Notes under the pieces: generated by a model
Databases searched by the model: none
Told to the model about the DNA's origin: nothing
The model's input: only the letters and a program-made list of their open reading frames with translations
Source: Raillietiella orientalis
Lineage: Eukaryota
Assembly: GCA_036172245.1 (NCBI GenBank)
Contig: JAYWIR010000052.1
Span: 310,001 to 374,000, forward strand
Direction of reading: 5' to 3'
Length of the DNA stretch: 64,000 bases
Shown here: positions 1 through 11,877 of the stretch, piece by piece
Numbering within the stretch: position 1 is the stretch's first letter
Layout: the number at the start of each line of letters is the position of its first letter
Translations under genes and position numbers: made by a program

Positions 1-632
1 GGGTTTTTCTTACAAAATGTAATTTGTATTCTTATGAATGTCCGTTTCTTCAGCTTCCAATTCTTATATGAAAGAATTAAATTCTTTTATTGTCGGTATA
101 TGGATAAAGTTAACAGCTATCCAAATTGACTGCTGTGTTTACGGAATACAAGACTAAGAGAAAACAACACTGCATTTACATTGAATGCCGAAAAATAAAT
201 AAATAATTGGAAAAGGTTTAGATCCAAAAAAAAATTTTTTCACTGATAATGGAGATGTCATTGCGACTTTGATTGGTACTCTGTGAAATTCTGCTTAATG
301 TAGGTATGAATATACTAAAATTATCATATTAAAGCACCTCTCTGTGCAGTTTAAGTGAGAATACTCATGTTATTATTGAATAAGAATTCTTTAAGATTAT
401 CAATTCTGGTCAATCTCTTTGACTTGTGTTCGACTTTCAACGGATTTATCTATAATAATAACAATCAGACATCAGCAATACCCGTGAATGAAAGTCGAGT
501 TTTCAAGTGTTCAGAAAGCAGGTTTTTAAAAATTTCTTTTGGATTTGGCACTTCTGGAATGCTAAACGTGTCTTAGAGTAAGCGGTGTCTTGACTGTAAA
601 AGTGGCACTATTTTATTGTGAATCTTACAATT

Positions 633-2762
633 ATGTTAATTGAAGACAAAGCTTCAAAGGATGTAATCGAATCTCACCTTAAGAAACTGCGGAACAAGCA
701 GGGCAATAAGGTTTCTAGATTCAACTGTATTTTTGTTATTTTAAGATACGTTTTCTCACAAACGTGGTAACGTGCATGTGATGAATCTGTACGTCACCAA
801 AAAATCTTAGTTACTATTATTAATATTAAGTATCGCTAACTGTAGGCATGCATTGAATTTCTGTGATCCAGTGATTTGGACTTAGAGTGTGTATGTTTAG
901 GTTTGCTTTGATTGTGATTCAAAGAATCCAACCTGGGCCAGTATCACTTACGGGGTCTTCATCTGCATCGACTGCTCGGCAGTCCATCGTAATTTAGGCG
1001 TTCACATTTCCTTTGTGCGTTCTTCACAGCTAGATACGAATTGGACATGGTTGCAGTTGTGGCAAATGCAGCTGGGAGGAAATGCAAATGCAGTTAGTTT
1101 AATGAAATTGTGTAGAGTAATTTGATTGCCTGCATAGTTAGCATTTTTCCAACAACATGGATGCGATATGGCAGATTCTCAGATAAAGTATCAGAGCAGA
1201 CCAGCACAACTGTACAGAGAAAGATTACGAAATCAAGCTGTACAAGCCTTCAAGCTGCATGGTTCTCAGGTTATTTTCATTTCTGTTCATCAGTAAACTG
1301 TCATTTTCTCACAGTTCCATCTTTCCAGTGAGAAGGAGACTAGTTCTCCTGTGGTGACGGAAACCAATTTTTTTGACCAGCACACCAATGATAATTCAGA
1401 CATGTACGTGCCAGAAATGGCGAAGGTAATTTTGGGATTTACAATTGATTTTTGTAAGAATGATTGATTTTTTTCATTTGGGGCACAGCTACACTCAAGT
1501 GTGACAGATCCTGAATTCAGTGCTGCCCAATTAGCAGGAGAACCTTCTGCTACTTTCCAGTCTTCAGAGAGTACAAAACCTAGAACCAATGTATCTAATC
1601 GTAAAATGCTAGGCAAAAAAGTATCAAATGATGTACAAGACTCACTAACAAATACTGATATCAATCTTAGATTGCCTCCAGGCCTTCAGCATTGGGTCAG
1701 CGTGTGCAAGCAAATTTCGATACTTTAGAAAAAGAAGCTGCACTTGCTGACCAAGTTAGGATTGAGAAAGGAATTTCAGAAGTGCCTAAGAAAAGGGATT
1801 CAAACAGACTTGCTTATGCCGATCCGGCTGTTGCTTCCTCAGATTCCCAGCATGCTGAACAGATTGAAAGATTGGGAATGGGGATTGGCATTCATGGGTA
1901 TTTTCAGTGTCCTCATGTATGATTTTGATGTCAATTTTGGGTTTAGTGGAATTGGCCATTCTGCACAGAGCAGCATGCAGATTATTGAACAGGAGGGACT
2001 TGTTAGCACTCGCAGCAATGTATTTCAAGAACCGGATCTGTTAAGTGACTTTGACATGCTGATGTCATTGACACCTTTTAAGTGAGTAGATTTGTTGGAG
2101 ATAGCTGATTCCTTTGTCCTCCAGGCCAAAAGATGTTAGTAAGGAACCATCCACCTTCTTGTCAGAGTGTAACTCAAATGCCACAAATAGGAAGGTGCCT
2201 TTGTCCTCAGTTTTATCTCCCAGTGGTGATGAGATGCAGAAGAAATATGGAAATGCTAAAGCCATATCTTCAGATCAACTTTTTGGTGCTCAGACAAACT
2301 CAGAGGTTTGTTGGTTCTTTTCAGCATGTTCAAATGATGCACTTTGAATCAGTATGAACGTCAAGAAAGCCTTATGCGTTTCCAAGGTTCTTCTTCCATT
2401 TCTTCAGCTGAATATTTTGGGCACCCTCAACCAACAAGTACATCAACATTGCAGGCTCCTGATTTTGAGGATGTGAAAGAGAGTGTTAAGGCTGGAGTTA
2501 CCAAAGTAGCTGGAACACTGAAAGGATTGGCTACAAATGTGATGTCCTCTATACAGGTAGACATTGAATGAGGGTGGGACTGGACTGACTAATAGCTGTT
2601 GCAGGATACTATCAAGAAAAGAGGGAAATAGGGTAAGGTGTGGTGTGGCTTGTTGTTTGGGGTGGGATAAGGAACTTGTTTTTGGATTGCTGAATTTTGT
2701 GTTGTTGAGTGCACAAGGCAATGTCTAAAAATGGATTATTTCAGGAGCGGTATGACTTTTGA
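633..2762 (+). CDS. ArfGAP2/3: ADP-ribosylation factor GTPase-activating protein 2/3 (Glo3-type ArfGAP), multi-exon
   Basis: Exon 633-710 ([26 protein letters not shown]) splices to 901-1092 ([48 protein letters not shown]), which is the ArfGAP CxxC-x16-CxxC zinc finger with the catalytic Arg. Later exons carry ERLGMG, the Glo3 motifs [10 protein letters not shown] and [10 protein letters not shown], and a last exon ERYDF* (2745-2762). Introns are GT-AG. Confidence 0.95.
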
Positions 2763-5700
2763 GAAGCTCGTTACTGTGATCTTGCCACCATAGCAACAAA
2801 ACCTCATTGCATCCCAGATTGTTGAAATTGTTGAATAGGCATCTCATCATTAATTTAATTTTATTTGCCAATATACAGTGATTCGGAACCCGTATCTTGC
2901 AAGGCTATTATAATTTAGTGCTACTATGGCTTTTGCACGTCCATGTACAAAAAAATGTACATTCTTGTGCCTGACTTTGAATTCTTGACTTCATTTATCT
3001 ATTTTCAACATTTTGATTTTGTAAAAAGCCTAAGAATACATTACTACCCACCCACTTTGGAGATTTTAATCGGGAATCGTCATTTACTGCAAAATATCCA
3101 TATGAATCAGTTTGAATGCTCATACCGAGACGAGCAGTTTGATGCAACTCCGGGATGAATTGCTTGTGCCATTGTGCCCCCATCAGCTGCGTGGATCCAA
3201 TTGTGTGCATTGAAATAGCAGGAGAGGACGAATAAGAAGAAAACTCTGCGAGGTTCCAATGTCACGGGAATTCTTCCCCTTAGGGCCACCGTCACCATAT
3301 GAAACGAATGGTGTGGTCTTTGCCTTAACAGTGCCACCCATTTCGCGGGAAGGACTCCTTACCGAGTGATTAATGCGGAGCTTTTAATAGCCCTATTAAA
3401 GTGTTTGGACCCTGGAATTACAGTTTGATTTTGTTACGATTACTTTCCAGGCATGAATTCGTTAATCTCTTTGCTGTGGGGTTTTCCAAAGCGTTCGTTT
3501 TGCACGAAGCCATTTTGCTCTCTCCTGTTTTGCCCCGGCCCTGGCGCATGCGCCGCCGTCCCCTTCCCGGAACGCGGGCTGGCGGCCGCTAATCTTCCTG
3601 GCTGTCAGGGACCGGGGCGGGCTGCATTGCGTCGCTGCGGTTTCCGCGACGTTCGAGCATCACCCCGAAGAATTGCTTGAAGCTTTTTTCAGCTCCCTTT
3701 CTTTTCTTTCTTCCTTTCCTTTCGGGGGGGAGGGGATCAGCTGTGAGCGCCACGTGGAGCGTGGTGGGAAGCATGGAAAGCATGCAAGGTGGAGCGCTGT
3801 GTTGGGGTCATCCCGCTGCGATGGGGTGGTTTTCTGTTGCAAATGTAACGTCCCCGTATTCAGAAACGACGCCTAGTTTTGTGTCCGGGGAGCACTGAGA
3901 TGAGGGAAGGAAGGCATTGCCCCTTGTTAGGTGGTAATCTGATCGAGTTATTCAAGCGTGGTGATCTCGATCGGGCGTGCTTCTCCCATGAGGACGGTGC
4001 AGCAATCGCAAGAACGCGGCAGCATGCGTTTGACGTCCAGAAGAATCTCTGGGACAAAAAAAAAAAAGGTGGAATTGAGAAGGCGGGGGGGGGGAGGGAT
4101 TTTTCTTGTCAGAATGCGAGATGAAACAGCTACACCATTAGGCCGGGATTCTGTGATCTCGTTCGGTGGAACGGTGCGCGCTAATTTGCACGCGAGTGCT
4201 GTGACGTGCCATCATCCCGCACCGGCTGGAAACGGGCCGTCAAGGAAACCTTTGAACGGTCACGCCAACAGGTTGACGACGACGCAGAACATTTTTCCTC
4301 CCTGCAGACCGACGGACGCGCGCGTTTTGCTCGTGACGTACGGTTGGACACGTCCGGATCGAAGCAAAGTCACCCAAGGGATACACGTCCTCCAGAAGAG
4401 GATGGCTGTGCGTCACCGTGGGCGGCATTTCGGATCACCGCCATCTCCGCTACCTCCTCCTATCTGCTCGCAAGCGAAGGTGGCGTGTCTTTTCCTTTGC
4501 CGCACTGGTCGGACGGGATGGGGGTGGGCGATATCGCGCGGAAGGCGCCGAAACCTCCTCCTCCCCGCCGGGCGACCCATCGCGGTGACCCTTCCTGAAG
4601 AGGAGGCGTCTTTCCGCCCGGTAGCTTCCTTCCCCGTACCCCGTCCCTCTCCCTCAGGGTGCCCAGCAACGCTCATGCGGAAGCCTCCCACCCCCACCTA
4701 AGCAGCTCACGGCGCTTGCCCGCAAGGGATGAGTCCAAGAAGAGGCTTCTGGTTGCTCGGCGTTGCTCGTCCTGGCTGGCATTCGCCTCAGCCCCCTCCC
4801 GTCCCGTCAGCCATGGCCTCCACCCCCTTGCCCCATCCCCCACTCAGCCCCACAGAAAAGCAAAGGAAAATCTCTCTCTTCCTCCCCTCCCCTTCTTCCA
4901 ACTCCCCCCCCCCTTTTTCCGCAGCGGGTCGAGGAAGGCGAGAAGGGCCTTCGGGGCACATGACCTTCCCGTCAGTCCGCATCGGGACCACCCGCGCGGC
5001 ACCGAGGCTCCTCCCGGAGGCGCTACTGCCTCCCTCCTCCTCCTCCTCAATTCCTCCTCCTTCACTTCCTCCCTTCTTCTTCCCTCTCCTCTTCCTTTTT
5101 TCCTCCTCCTTCCACCGCCGAAGAGCCCTCAGGGTGAGTTGCCATCCAGGCCGTCCTAGTGATAGGAATCTATTCCCCTCCAGATCTTCTGCTCCTGAAG
5201 GGGGAAGAGAGTTTCGGAGTCTCAGACGCCTCTGCAGCGTACCCAAGTCGACATCTCCGGCGCAACCGGGGTCGACGGGCGCGGCGGGACGGCGGGTCGC
5301 CTCCGCGCCCGAAAGCAGGAATCGGTGAGGGGTTTCCGTCCGAGAAAGAAGTCGGGACGAGGGCCGTCCCTCCTACAGAACGGTGATCCCCGCGGGGAGG
5401 GGAGAGAGGCTTTGCCGTCTCACCTGGAATCCCTCTGCGCACTTACCGAGTCTTCCTGGAAGAAGCGCTTCTGGAGCGGAGAAAGGGTGGCGAGGAGAAG
5501 CGAAGAGAAGATGGGACCAGAAAGCGTGTCCCTCGTTTCCCGGGGCTCTCTCTGGGACAAAGAAGGAAGGACGGAAGCGGATGCCCGGCTGCTCGCCTCG
5601 AGGAAGCAGCGCAGGCGCACAGCGCGCTTCTCCCACGCGTCACCGTCGCGGGGGCGGTGACTCTCCACACCCCTGGAATGCGGCAGAAGAAGACCCAGAA

Positions 5701-6239
5701 CCGGAGGAGGAGTCTTCCGTGGGATCGGGAATAAGGTGTAAACGGCTCTAGGCGAGCACGGCTCCCAGAGACGCGCGACAGGCGCCACATAGTGGGCGCG
5801 CCATCTGAAAGGCGATGGCCGCACGACGCGGGACGCCCACCCAGCGATCCCGCGTCGTTCCCAGGTTTCAGCTGTTTGCTTCCCCCCCCTCCCCCTCCTT
5901 CTCTCCTCTCCATGATGCCCCTGGACGACCCCGAGTCGAAGCGCAGCCCACCATCCCATCCTGCCCACTCGAGAGCGAGACCAAGGCCCCACGAGTGGAG
6001 GGACTCGGAGGTGCAGCTCGCCAGAGATGCAGCTGGACCTCAGAGCGGCGGAAAAGCGGCGCATCAGCACTTCTGTCCTTCTCACCCTTCTGTGTCCCCC
6101 TTCGCCCCGATTCCAGACCCCAATCTTCCTCTTTATCCCCATCCATCTCTTTCCAGAGTGCAGACTGAGCGTGGCGGGAAGTCCGGACTGATCCGCGCGA
6201 CATTTGCTGTGCCACCCTGAGGCGCTCTCTCACGAATCT

Positions 6240-6545
6240 GGAAGTGGTGGTGGAGGAGGAAGAGAATGGGAAGGAAGGGAGGAAGAGGAGGAGGTGAAGG
6301 CGGGAGGAGAAGAAGAGAGGAAGAGGTGAAGGAGGAAGTGGAAAGGAAGGAAGGGAAAGAGGAAAGAAGGATGGAGAGGGAGGAGGGAGGTAAAAAGGAA
6401 ACGAGCAAGAGGAAGGGAGATGGAGGAAGGGAAAGGGGAGACGTGAAGAAAAGGAAAGAAGAAGGGAGGAAAAGGAGGAGCAGAAGAGGAGGAAAAAGGG
6501 AGGAATGGAGGAGGAAGAGGAAGGGAAGAAAGGGGGAAGGAAACG
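6240..6545. repeat. Polypurine (GGA/GAA-rich) low-complexity tract
   Basis: About 300 nt almost entirely A/G on the + strand. Confidence 0.9.
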
Positions 6546-6865
6546 CCTTCGGTGGGACGTCGTAAAGCGGAAGAAATCCTCATAGCCGGATCTTTCGAGC
6601 GCCCCTTCTGGGGATGGCAGGGGAAGGCCCGGAAAGAGACAACGCCTTGCTTTCTTTCTCTTTATTGTTCCATCGGCGGTAAGAATCCTCGCGGAGCCAT
6701 CGACGTGACGGCGGCTCCCTCTTTCCCGTGGACCCTCTTCCAGCTGCAGCATGGGGACGGGGGGTCGTCTCCTCGCTCCTAAAGGCAGGAAGCGGCGAGG
6801 GACTTCCTTCCGAAAGGGGAGGCAGAGCGAGCGTGGCGCGGGCGGCGACGACGGCGCCGATCTCT

Positions 6866-9668
6866 TCACTCGTCGGAGCATCCCTCGCAGACGCGCAGCC
6901 CGGAGGCGTTGCAGTGGTGGCACCGCAGCGGAACGGGCGAGTTGAAGTCGGACCTCCTGCTGCCGTGACACACGAGGCAGGGCAGCCACCGGAGCCCGCC
7001 ACACTGGGAGCAGGGCCCGCTGGTGCGCCATCGCTAAAAACGCTGCGTGAGGTCATCGAGGATCGCCCTGCGGCTCTTTGTTTACTTTGTACGGGCGCAG
7101 AACGCACCGCAGGTGACCCCTCTCGTTCAGGCGTTCGACGACGGCGGCATCCTGAGCACCGGGCCGGGAGAGGAGGAGGAGAGGCAGGGAAACGGGAAAA
7201 AGGAAGCGCATGTCAGCGCCGCCCAGAGCCACCCACCACCCCCTGCATCCCGCGCCCTCCTGCGCACCCCCGGGAAGCCCGTAGGGGGAAGGAGGGGAAG
7301 GGAACGAAGGTACTCACCCCCAGCAGACGACCCTCCACGAAGACGAGCGGGATGCGCACCTTGAGGCAGCCGCACCGCTCCGTCATCTCCAGCTGCAGGT
7401 CCCTCCTCTCGAAGAGGTCCCGCTCCTCGAATCTGGAGGAACACAGACGGGGACGTTCCCTCGGGGAGTCTCCCCCGCGCGCGCGCCGGGCTACCGGGGA
7501 GGAGGAGGGAGAGAGGGACTCAGACAGCCGACCCGGGGGTAGCGGCGGGGTGCTCTCCCTCCTACCCCTTCCCTGACCATCTCCAAGGTCATCCGGAGGT
7601 CATGCCTCCTGACATTCGCGGGGGCGCGGGAGGAACCGAGGAGGACGGCACAGGTCGCGCGCATCCACGTGTCAGCTGCTCGCTGTGAGTCAGGAGGAAG
7701 CGCTGATGGCGGAGGGGTCGGTGCCGGTGGTGGTGAGGACAGAAGGATGGTGACGGCAATGGTGGTGATGGGTAGTGCTGGTGCAGTGGTGGGTGGTGGT
7801 CGTAGTAGCGATGGCGATGATGATCGTGGTGAAGTTGGCGGTGGTGGGGAGGAGGAAGAGGGACGATGAGGGTGGCGTAGGCAAGCGGGTGGAGCAGGAG
7901 TAGGAGAAGGAAGGGAGTTTGCTGCCAGGAGCGGTGGATGCAAGCAGCTGGCCGCGTGTGCGAGAGATAACTCATGGCCCATCAAGCAAGGGTCCATCCG
8001 CATTGCATCCGTCCGCATCTTTTTCCCTTTCTGTTTCTTTCGCCCCCTCCCCAATCCCCTCGCTCCCTCCGCTGCCGATTTGCACGGAAAGGTGTGGCGG
8101 CGCAGGCAGGAGCTGCGCGCGTGCGCGTACACTCGAGAGGGCAATCGGCGCAGAGCCCGCTTTCGCCCCGAGAAGTCGCGTGACCCCCGCGCGCGCACCG
8201 CGCGAGGGTTCGTGCGAACGAGGAGCAAGGGAGGACACCCGACACACCATGGAGACTGCCCCGAGAAGCAGGAGGGATCGAACGCTTGCGGGCGCGCCGC
8301 CGACACGGAGAGCATTCGAACACGAAGACTTCATTCCCATCCTCCTGGGGTGGTCTCCGCAAGGGCGACCCGGCCAGCCTTGGCTGCCGCCACGAGTGCC
8401 TCCTTCCCTCCGGCGTTCCTCTCCCGGTCGCCCCAGCCTTTCTGCCGTCTCTCCCCTCCCTTCCCTTCCCATCCCGGCAGTGCCCTCCAGGACGGAAGGG
8501 AGCGGCGGCGGGTTACCTGATCATCAGCGTCTTGAGAATGTTCCTGACCTTCTGACAGTTGAGGTACGTCTCCCTGACAACGCCCAAGCTGGTCACATAC
8601 ACAACCACCTTGCCCGCTTCTCGTTCCCCGAAGACCTGGGGCGAGGGAGGGGCCAGTCAGGGAGGGAAGGTCGCCTCGCCGCCATCTGCGCCTCCCTGCC
8701 GCGGGCGCCCTCCTTACCTTGGCCACGGGGTCCTCCTCGATGAACATGACGCCGGCCTTGACACGGTTCTTGAAGCCTCGGATGGTGCCGTTCTGGCTGA
8801 GGATGGACCGCTCCTTGCCCTTGGCGTAGAGGCGGCGGAAGGCGTCCGGGTACTCCGCGTCTTCCGCCGTCAGCTCGCGGCACTCCGGGTGGCAGAAGAC
8901 CGACGGCTCGTTCTCCTGGAGGTGGAACGTTCGGAGGGCGCATGGGGAGCGACGCCCTACGCCGCCGCCCTCCTCTTCTTCCTCTTCTTCCTCTTCGTCG
9001 TCGTCGTCCTCCTCCTCTTCTTTCTCCTCCTCCTCGTCGCCGTCCGTCGCCACCTTGGCGAAGCACCCGGCAGTCACTTCGCCTTCACCGTCCTTCCTCT
9101 GCTGGGGCGCTCCCCGCAAGGCGCTGCCGCTGCCGCCACTCAGAATTCCTCGCACCACGGCGGCGGCGGCGGCGGCAGCCGCTGCCGCCACCCTCCTCTT
9201 CTTCTCCTCCTCCTCGTCTTCCTGCGTCCTCTTCTCCCTCCTCTCGGAGGGGTCCTGGCGACTCGTGCCCGTCCCTGCGGCGCCGGGCGGCGAGGCGTCC
9301 TCTTCCTCCTCCTCCCTGCCCTCCGGCGGGAGCCCGGAATGGTCGCCTCCCTCCCGCCCGCACACCTCCAGGTCGCGGCAGGGGACCAGCCTCCTCCTCA
9401 CGAACTCTCGCTCCAGGGCTTCCTTGAACCCTTCCACGCAGCAGCGCGCCGCCGACCTGTCCTCCGCTGTGGAGCGGCGCCCGCCGCCCCTACCGCTGCC
9501 GCACGGCGCCGTGCTCACCGGGGTCTTCGGTGGGCTGCGGGGACATGCCCCGAGGCGGTCACCGGCGGGCGGGGGGCCTTCTTCGCCGTCGGCTTCCGCG
9601 TCGCTGGCGTCCAGGTCCATCAGCATGTCGAACCGCTTCAGCACGCAGTCCAGGTTGGGGGGTGCCAT
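6866..9668 (-). CDS. Glutaredoxin domain-containing cysteine-rich protein (GRXCR family, like Drosophila CG31559/CG12206), 5 exons
   Basis: Exon 1 starts MAPPNLDC, contains an acidic tract and the family motif NGTIRGFKNRVKAG. Exon 2 is GKVVVYVTSLGVVRETYLNCQKVRNIL, exon 3 FEERDLF...IPLVFVEGRLLG, exon 4 DAAVVERLNERGHL, and exon 5 the zinc finger CSQCGGLRWLPCLVCHGS...RCHHCNASGLRVCEGC*. AATAAA on the - strand at 6661-6666. The start is the first in-frame ATG. Confidence 0.92.
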
Positions 9669-10104
9669 CGGGACGCGCGCGGCCTCGCGGGAGGAGGCGG
9701 CCACGGCGCCCGGGAGCGACGGTGGGTGAGGGCCCGGGAGGGCTGCGGGGGCCACGAGCTGGCGGAGACGGGGGCGAGCCGGCGGCGGAGGCGGCACCCG
9801 GTTTGGTGCGGGTGGGTCGGACGCGCGCGTGGTGGTGGTGCGTCCAGGGGCGCGCGCGCGCGGTCTGTGGCGGGTCCTCGGAGGCGCGCGTCCCAGCGGG
9901 AACTGCGCGGTGGCGCGGAGCAGTCGCTTCCGCTTCGACTCGCCGCCGGTCGCGCGGAGCTGCCACGGGGCGCGAGCTGTCCGGTGAAGCGTGTCGCCCG
10001 GGCCGGGCGCCCGACCTCCTCCCGCCGGCGCCCGCGCGCGAGCGCGCGGAGCTCCGCGCCTCGGAACGTTCAACCCGCAGGGCGGTAGCCACCGTTATTC
10101 GACC

Positions 10105-10514
10105 GTGACGTAACACTTCGGGCTTGTGGCGGTTCCGAACCACTTGGTGCGCGCGAGCGCTCCCGCCCCTGGGGACGCTCTTCTCGACCGGGAAATGCAC
10201 CGCGTCCCGGTCCGTCCCGGGCCGAGCCGCCGTAGGGTGATACCCGCCCCAAGCCCCAGCGTGGCGGCCCTCAGCCAGTTCTCTCAATGCCGCCCGTGCC
10301 CTCGAGACCTCTCCCCGCCTGCCCGTGAACCTCCGCTGCCACCTCTGACCCCTCCCTGAGGCCTTGCCGCCGGTGGGCTTCTCGGTCGCTCCGCTGATCC
10401 CATCGTCGCCGCCCCCACTTTCTCTCCCGATCTTCCCCCTCCCTCCTTTCTTGCTCTCCCCATCCGACTCTGGCGGTCCACCCGGAGGCCGATCCGGGTC
10501 GCCGGGTGACGTCA
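10105..10514. promoter_or_regulatory. Putative GRXCR promoter region with CRE-like sites
   Basis: TGACGTAA at about 10106 and a perfect TGACGTCA at 10507-10514 in CpG-rich DNA upstream of the GRXCR ATG. Motif match only. Confidence 0.3.
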
Positions 10515-10729
10515 TCGCTTTCCCACCGGGCGGGAGGCCCGCAAGGGAAGCTCTGCCTGAGCCGCCTGAAGGCCCCTTCCGTGCGGGCACCCCGAGCACC
10601 CGCGGAGCGACTTCCGGAAATACTATCGCGTCGTCTCCCCGTCCACTCACGCGCGCCGTTTGCGGGGGCCGCGCGCGCGAAGGCCCGTGAGAGGATGCGG
10701 GCGCACTCACTGCGCATGGCCCCAGTGTG

Positions 10730-11420
10730 AATAGGTACGTGGGTGTCTCTAGTCTGAAGGAACAGGTACGTACATGCCCACAGGGTGCAGGTACAGGCAT
10801 CTATGTGTCCTTAGACTACAAGTACAGGCACGTAGGCGTCCTTAGCCTACATATACAAGTACGTACATGCCCGTAGGTACCAGGTGCAGGCACTCAAGTG
10901 CCCTCACTGTACAAGTAAAGGTACGTAGGTGTCCTTGGCACACAACTGCAGGTAGATGTCTTCAGTGCACAGAGACATGTACGCAGATGCCCATAGGGTA
11001 CAGGTACAGGCACGTAGGTGTACAAAAGGTACAGGTCGTAACTGTACAAGTGCAGGCACGTAGGTGTCCTTGGCGTACAAGTACAGGTGGATGTCTTCAG
11101 TGCACAGGAACATGTACGTATATGCCCGTAGGGTACAAGTACAGGCCCGTAAGCGTTCTTAGTGTACAGAGGCATGTGCTTACATGCCTGTAGGGTACAG
11201 GTGCAAATATGCAGAAATACAGGCACATATGCGCATTTAGTGCACAGATTCAGATGAGTAGGTGTACTTAGTGCATAGGTACCTGTACCTATGCACTAAG
11301 TACACACCTACTAATTATGCACTAAGCACACCAAGTCATTCAGATGAGTAGATGTATTTATCGTGTATACGTATGTACTCACCTGTATGCACTGCGCACG
11401 AATGCGTGGAAGCACGTATT
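10730..11420. repeat. Degenerate GTAC/TGCA-rich minisatellite with ~134-bp higher-order unit and a terminal inverted repeat
   Basis: Units starting at about 10907 and at 11041 align (actgtacaagt...cgtaggtgtccttggc...gatgtcttcagtgcacag...catgtacg...atgccc.tagggtaca.gtacaggc). Near-perfect palindrome at 11258-11311. Confidence 0.85.
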
Positions 11421-11877
11421 TCGTGCACGTACATAAATGCATGGGCTGTGCACGAGTAGGTGGTAGAGACGCGCGGGCGCGCACGAGTGCTGCGCGAACG
11501 CCCGCGGCCCCAGAAAGGGTGGCGGGTGCGCCCTCTGCCCGACTCGCGGAGGGGGGTCGGAGGGCAGGGTGCGACGAAGGTCTCTTTCCCGATGCTCCTC
11601 GTGCGGAGCGCGGCCTCGGGGAGGGGAGGTCCCTGAGCTTTTGTACAACACGTCCCTAGGGAGTTGGGGCGGAGAGGAAGTGTATGTCTATTTGGGTGTA
11701 GGTGTGGGGGGGTGGGGAGAAACGAAGCGGAAGGGTCGCCGGAGCTTCCTGGGTAGTCAAGTGCGCCTGGAGGCTAACCCCCGAGTGCGGTCCTGAGGCG
11801 CGGGAGGAGTTCGACGGGCTGACACTACGGAAAGCGCTTTATTAAGGCTTTTCTAGGCATGCGAGAGGGGCCGCCGC

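Noticed and set aside
3350..3370. actcc(g)ttaccgagtg similarity to the LINE 3' end at about 26150-26168
   Set aside because: The match is too short and the flanking homology is unconvincing.
3500..6240. Many 100-250-aa ORFs and a GCGCATGCGC (NRF1/Ewg-like) motif at 3544-3553
   Set aside because: No consistent splice model or recognisable protein; a single motif is not enough to call a promoter.
8559..10088. 509-aa + strand ORF
   Set aside because: It is the antisense shadow of the GC-rich GRXCR exon 1.
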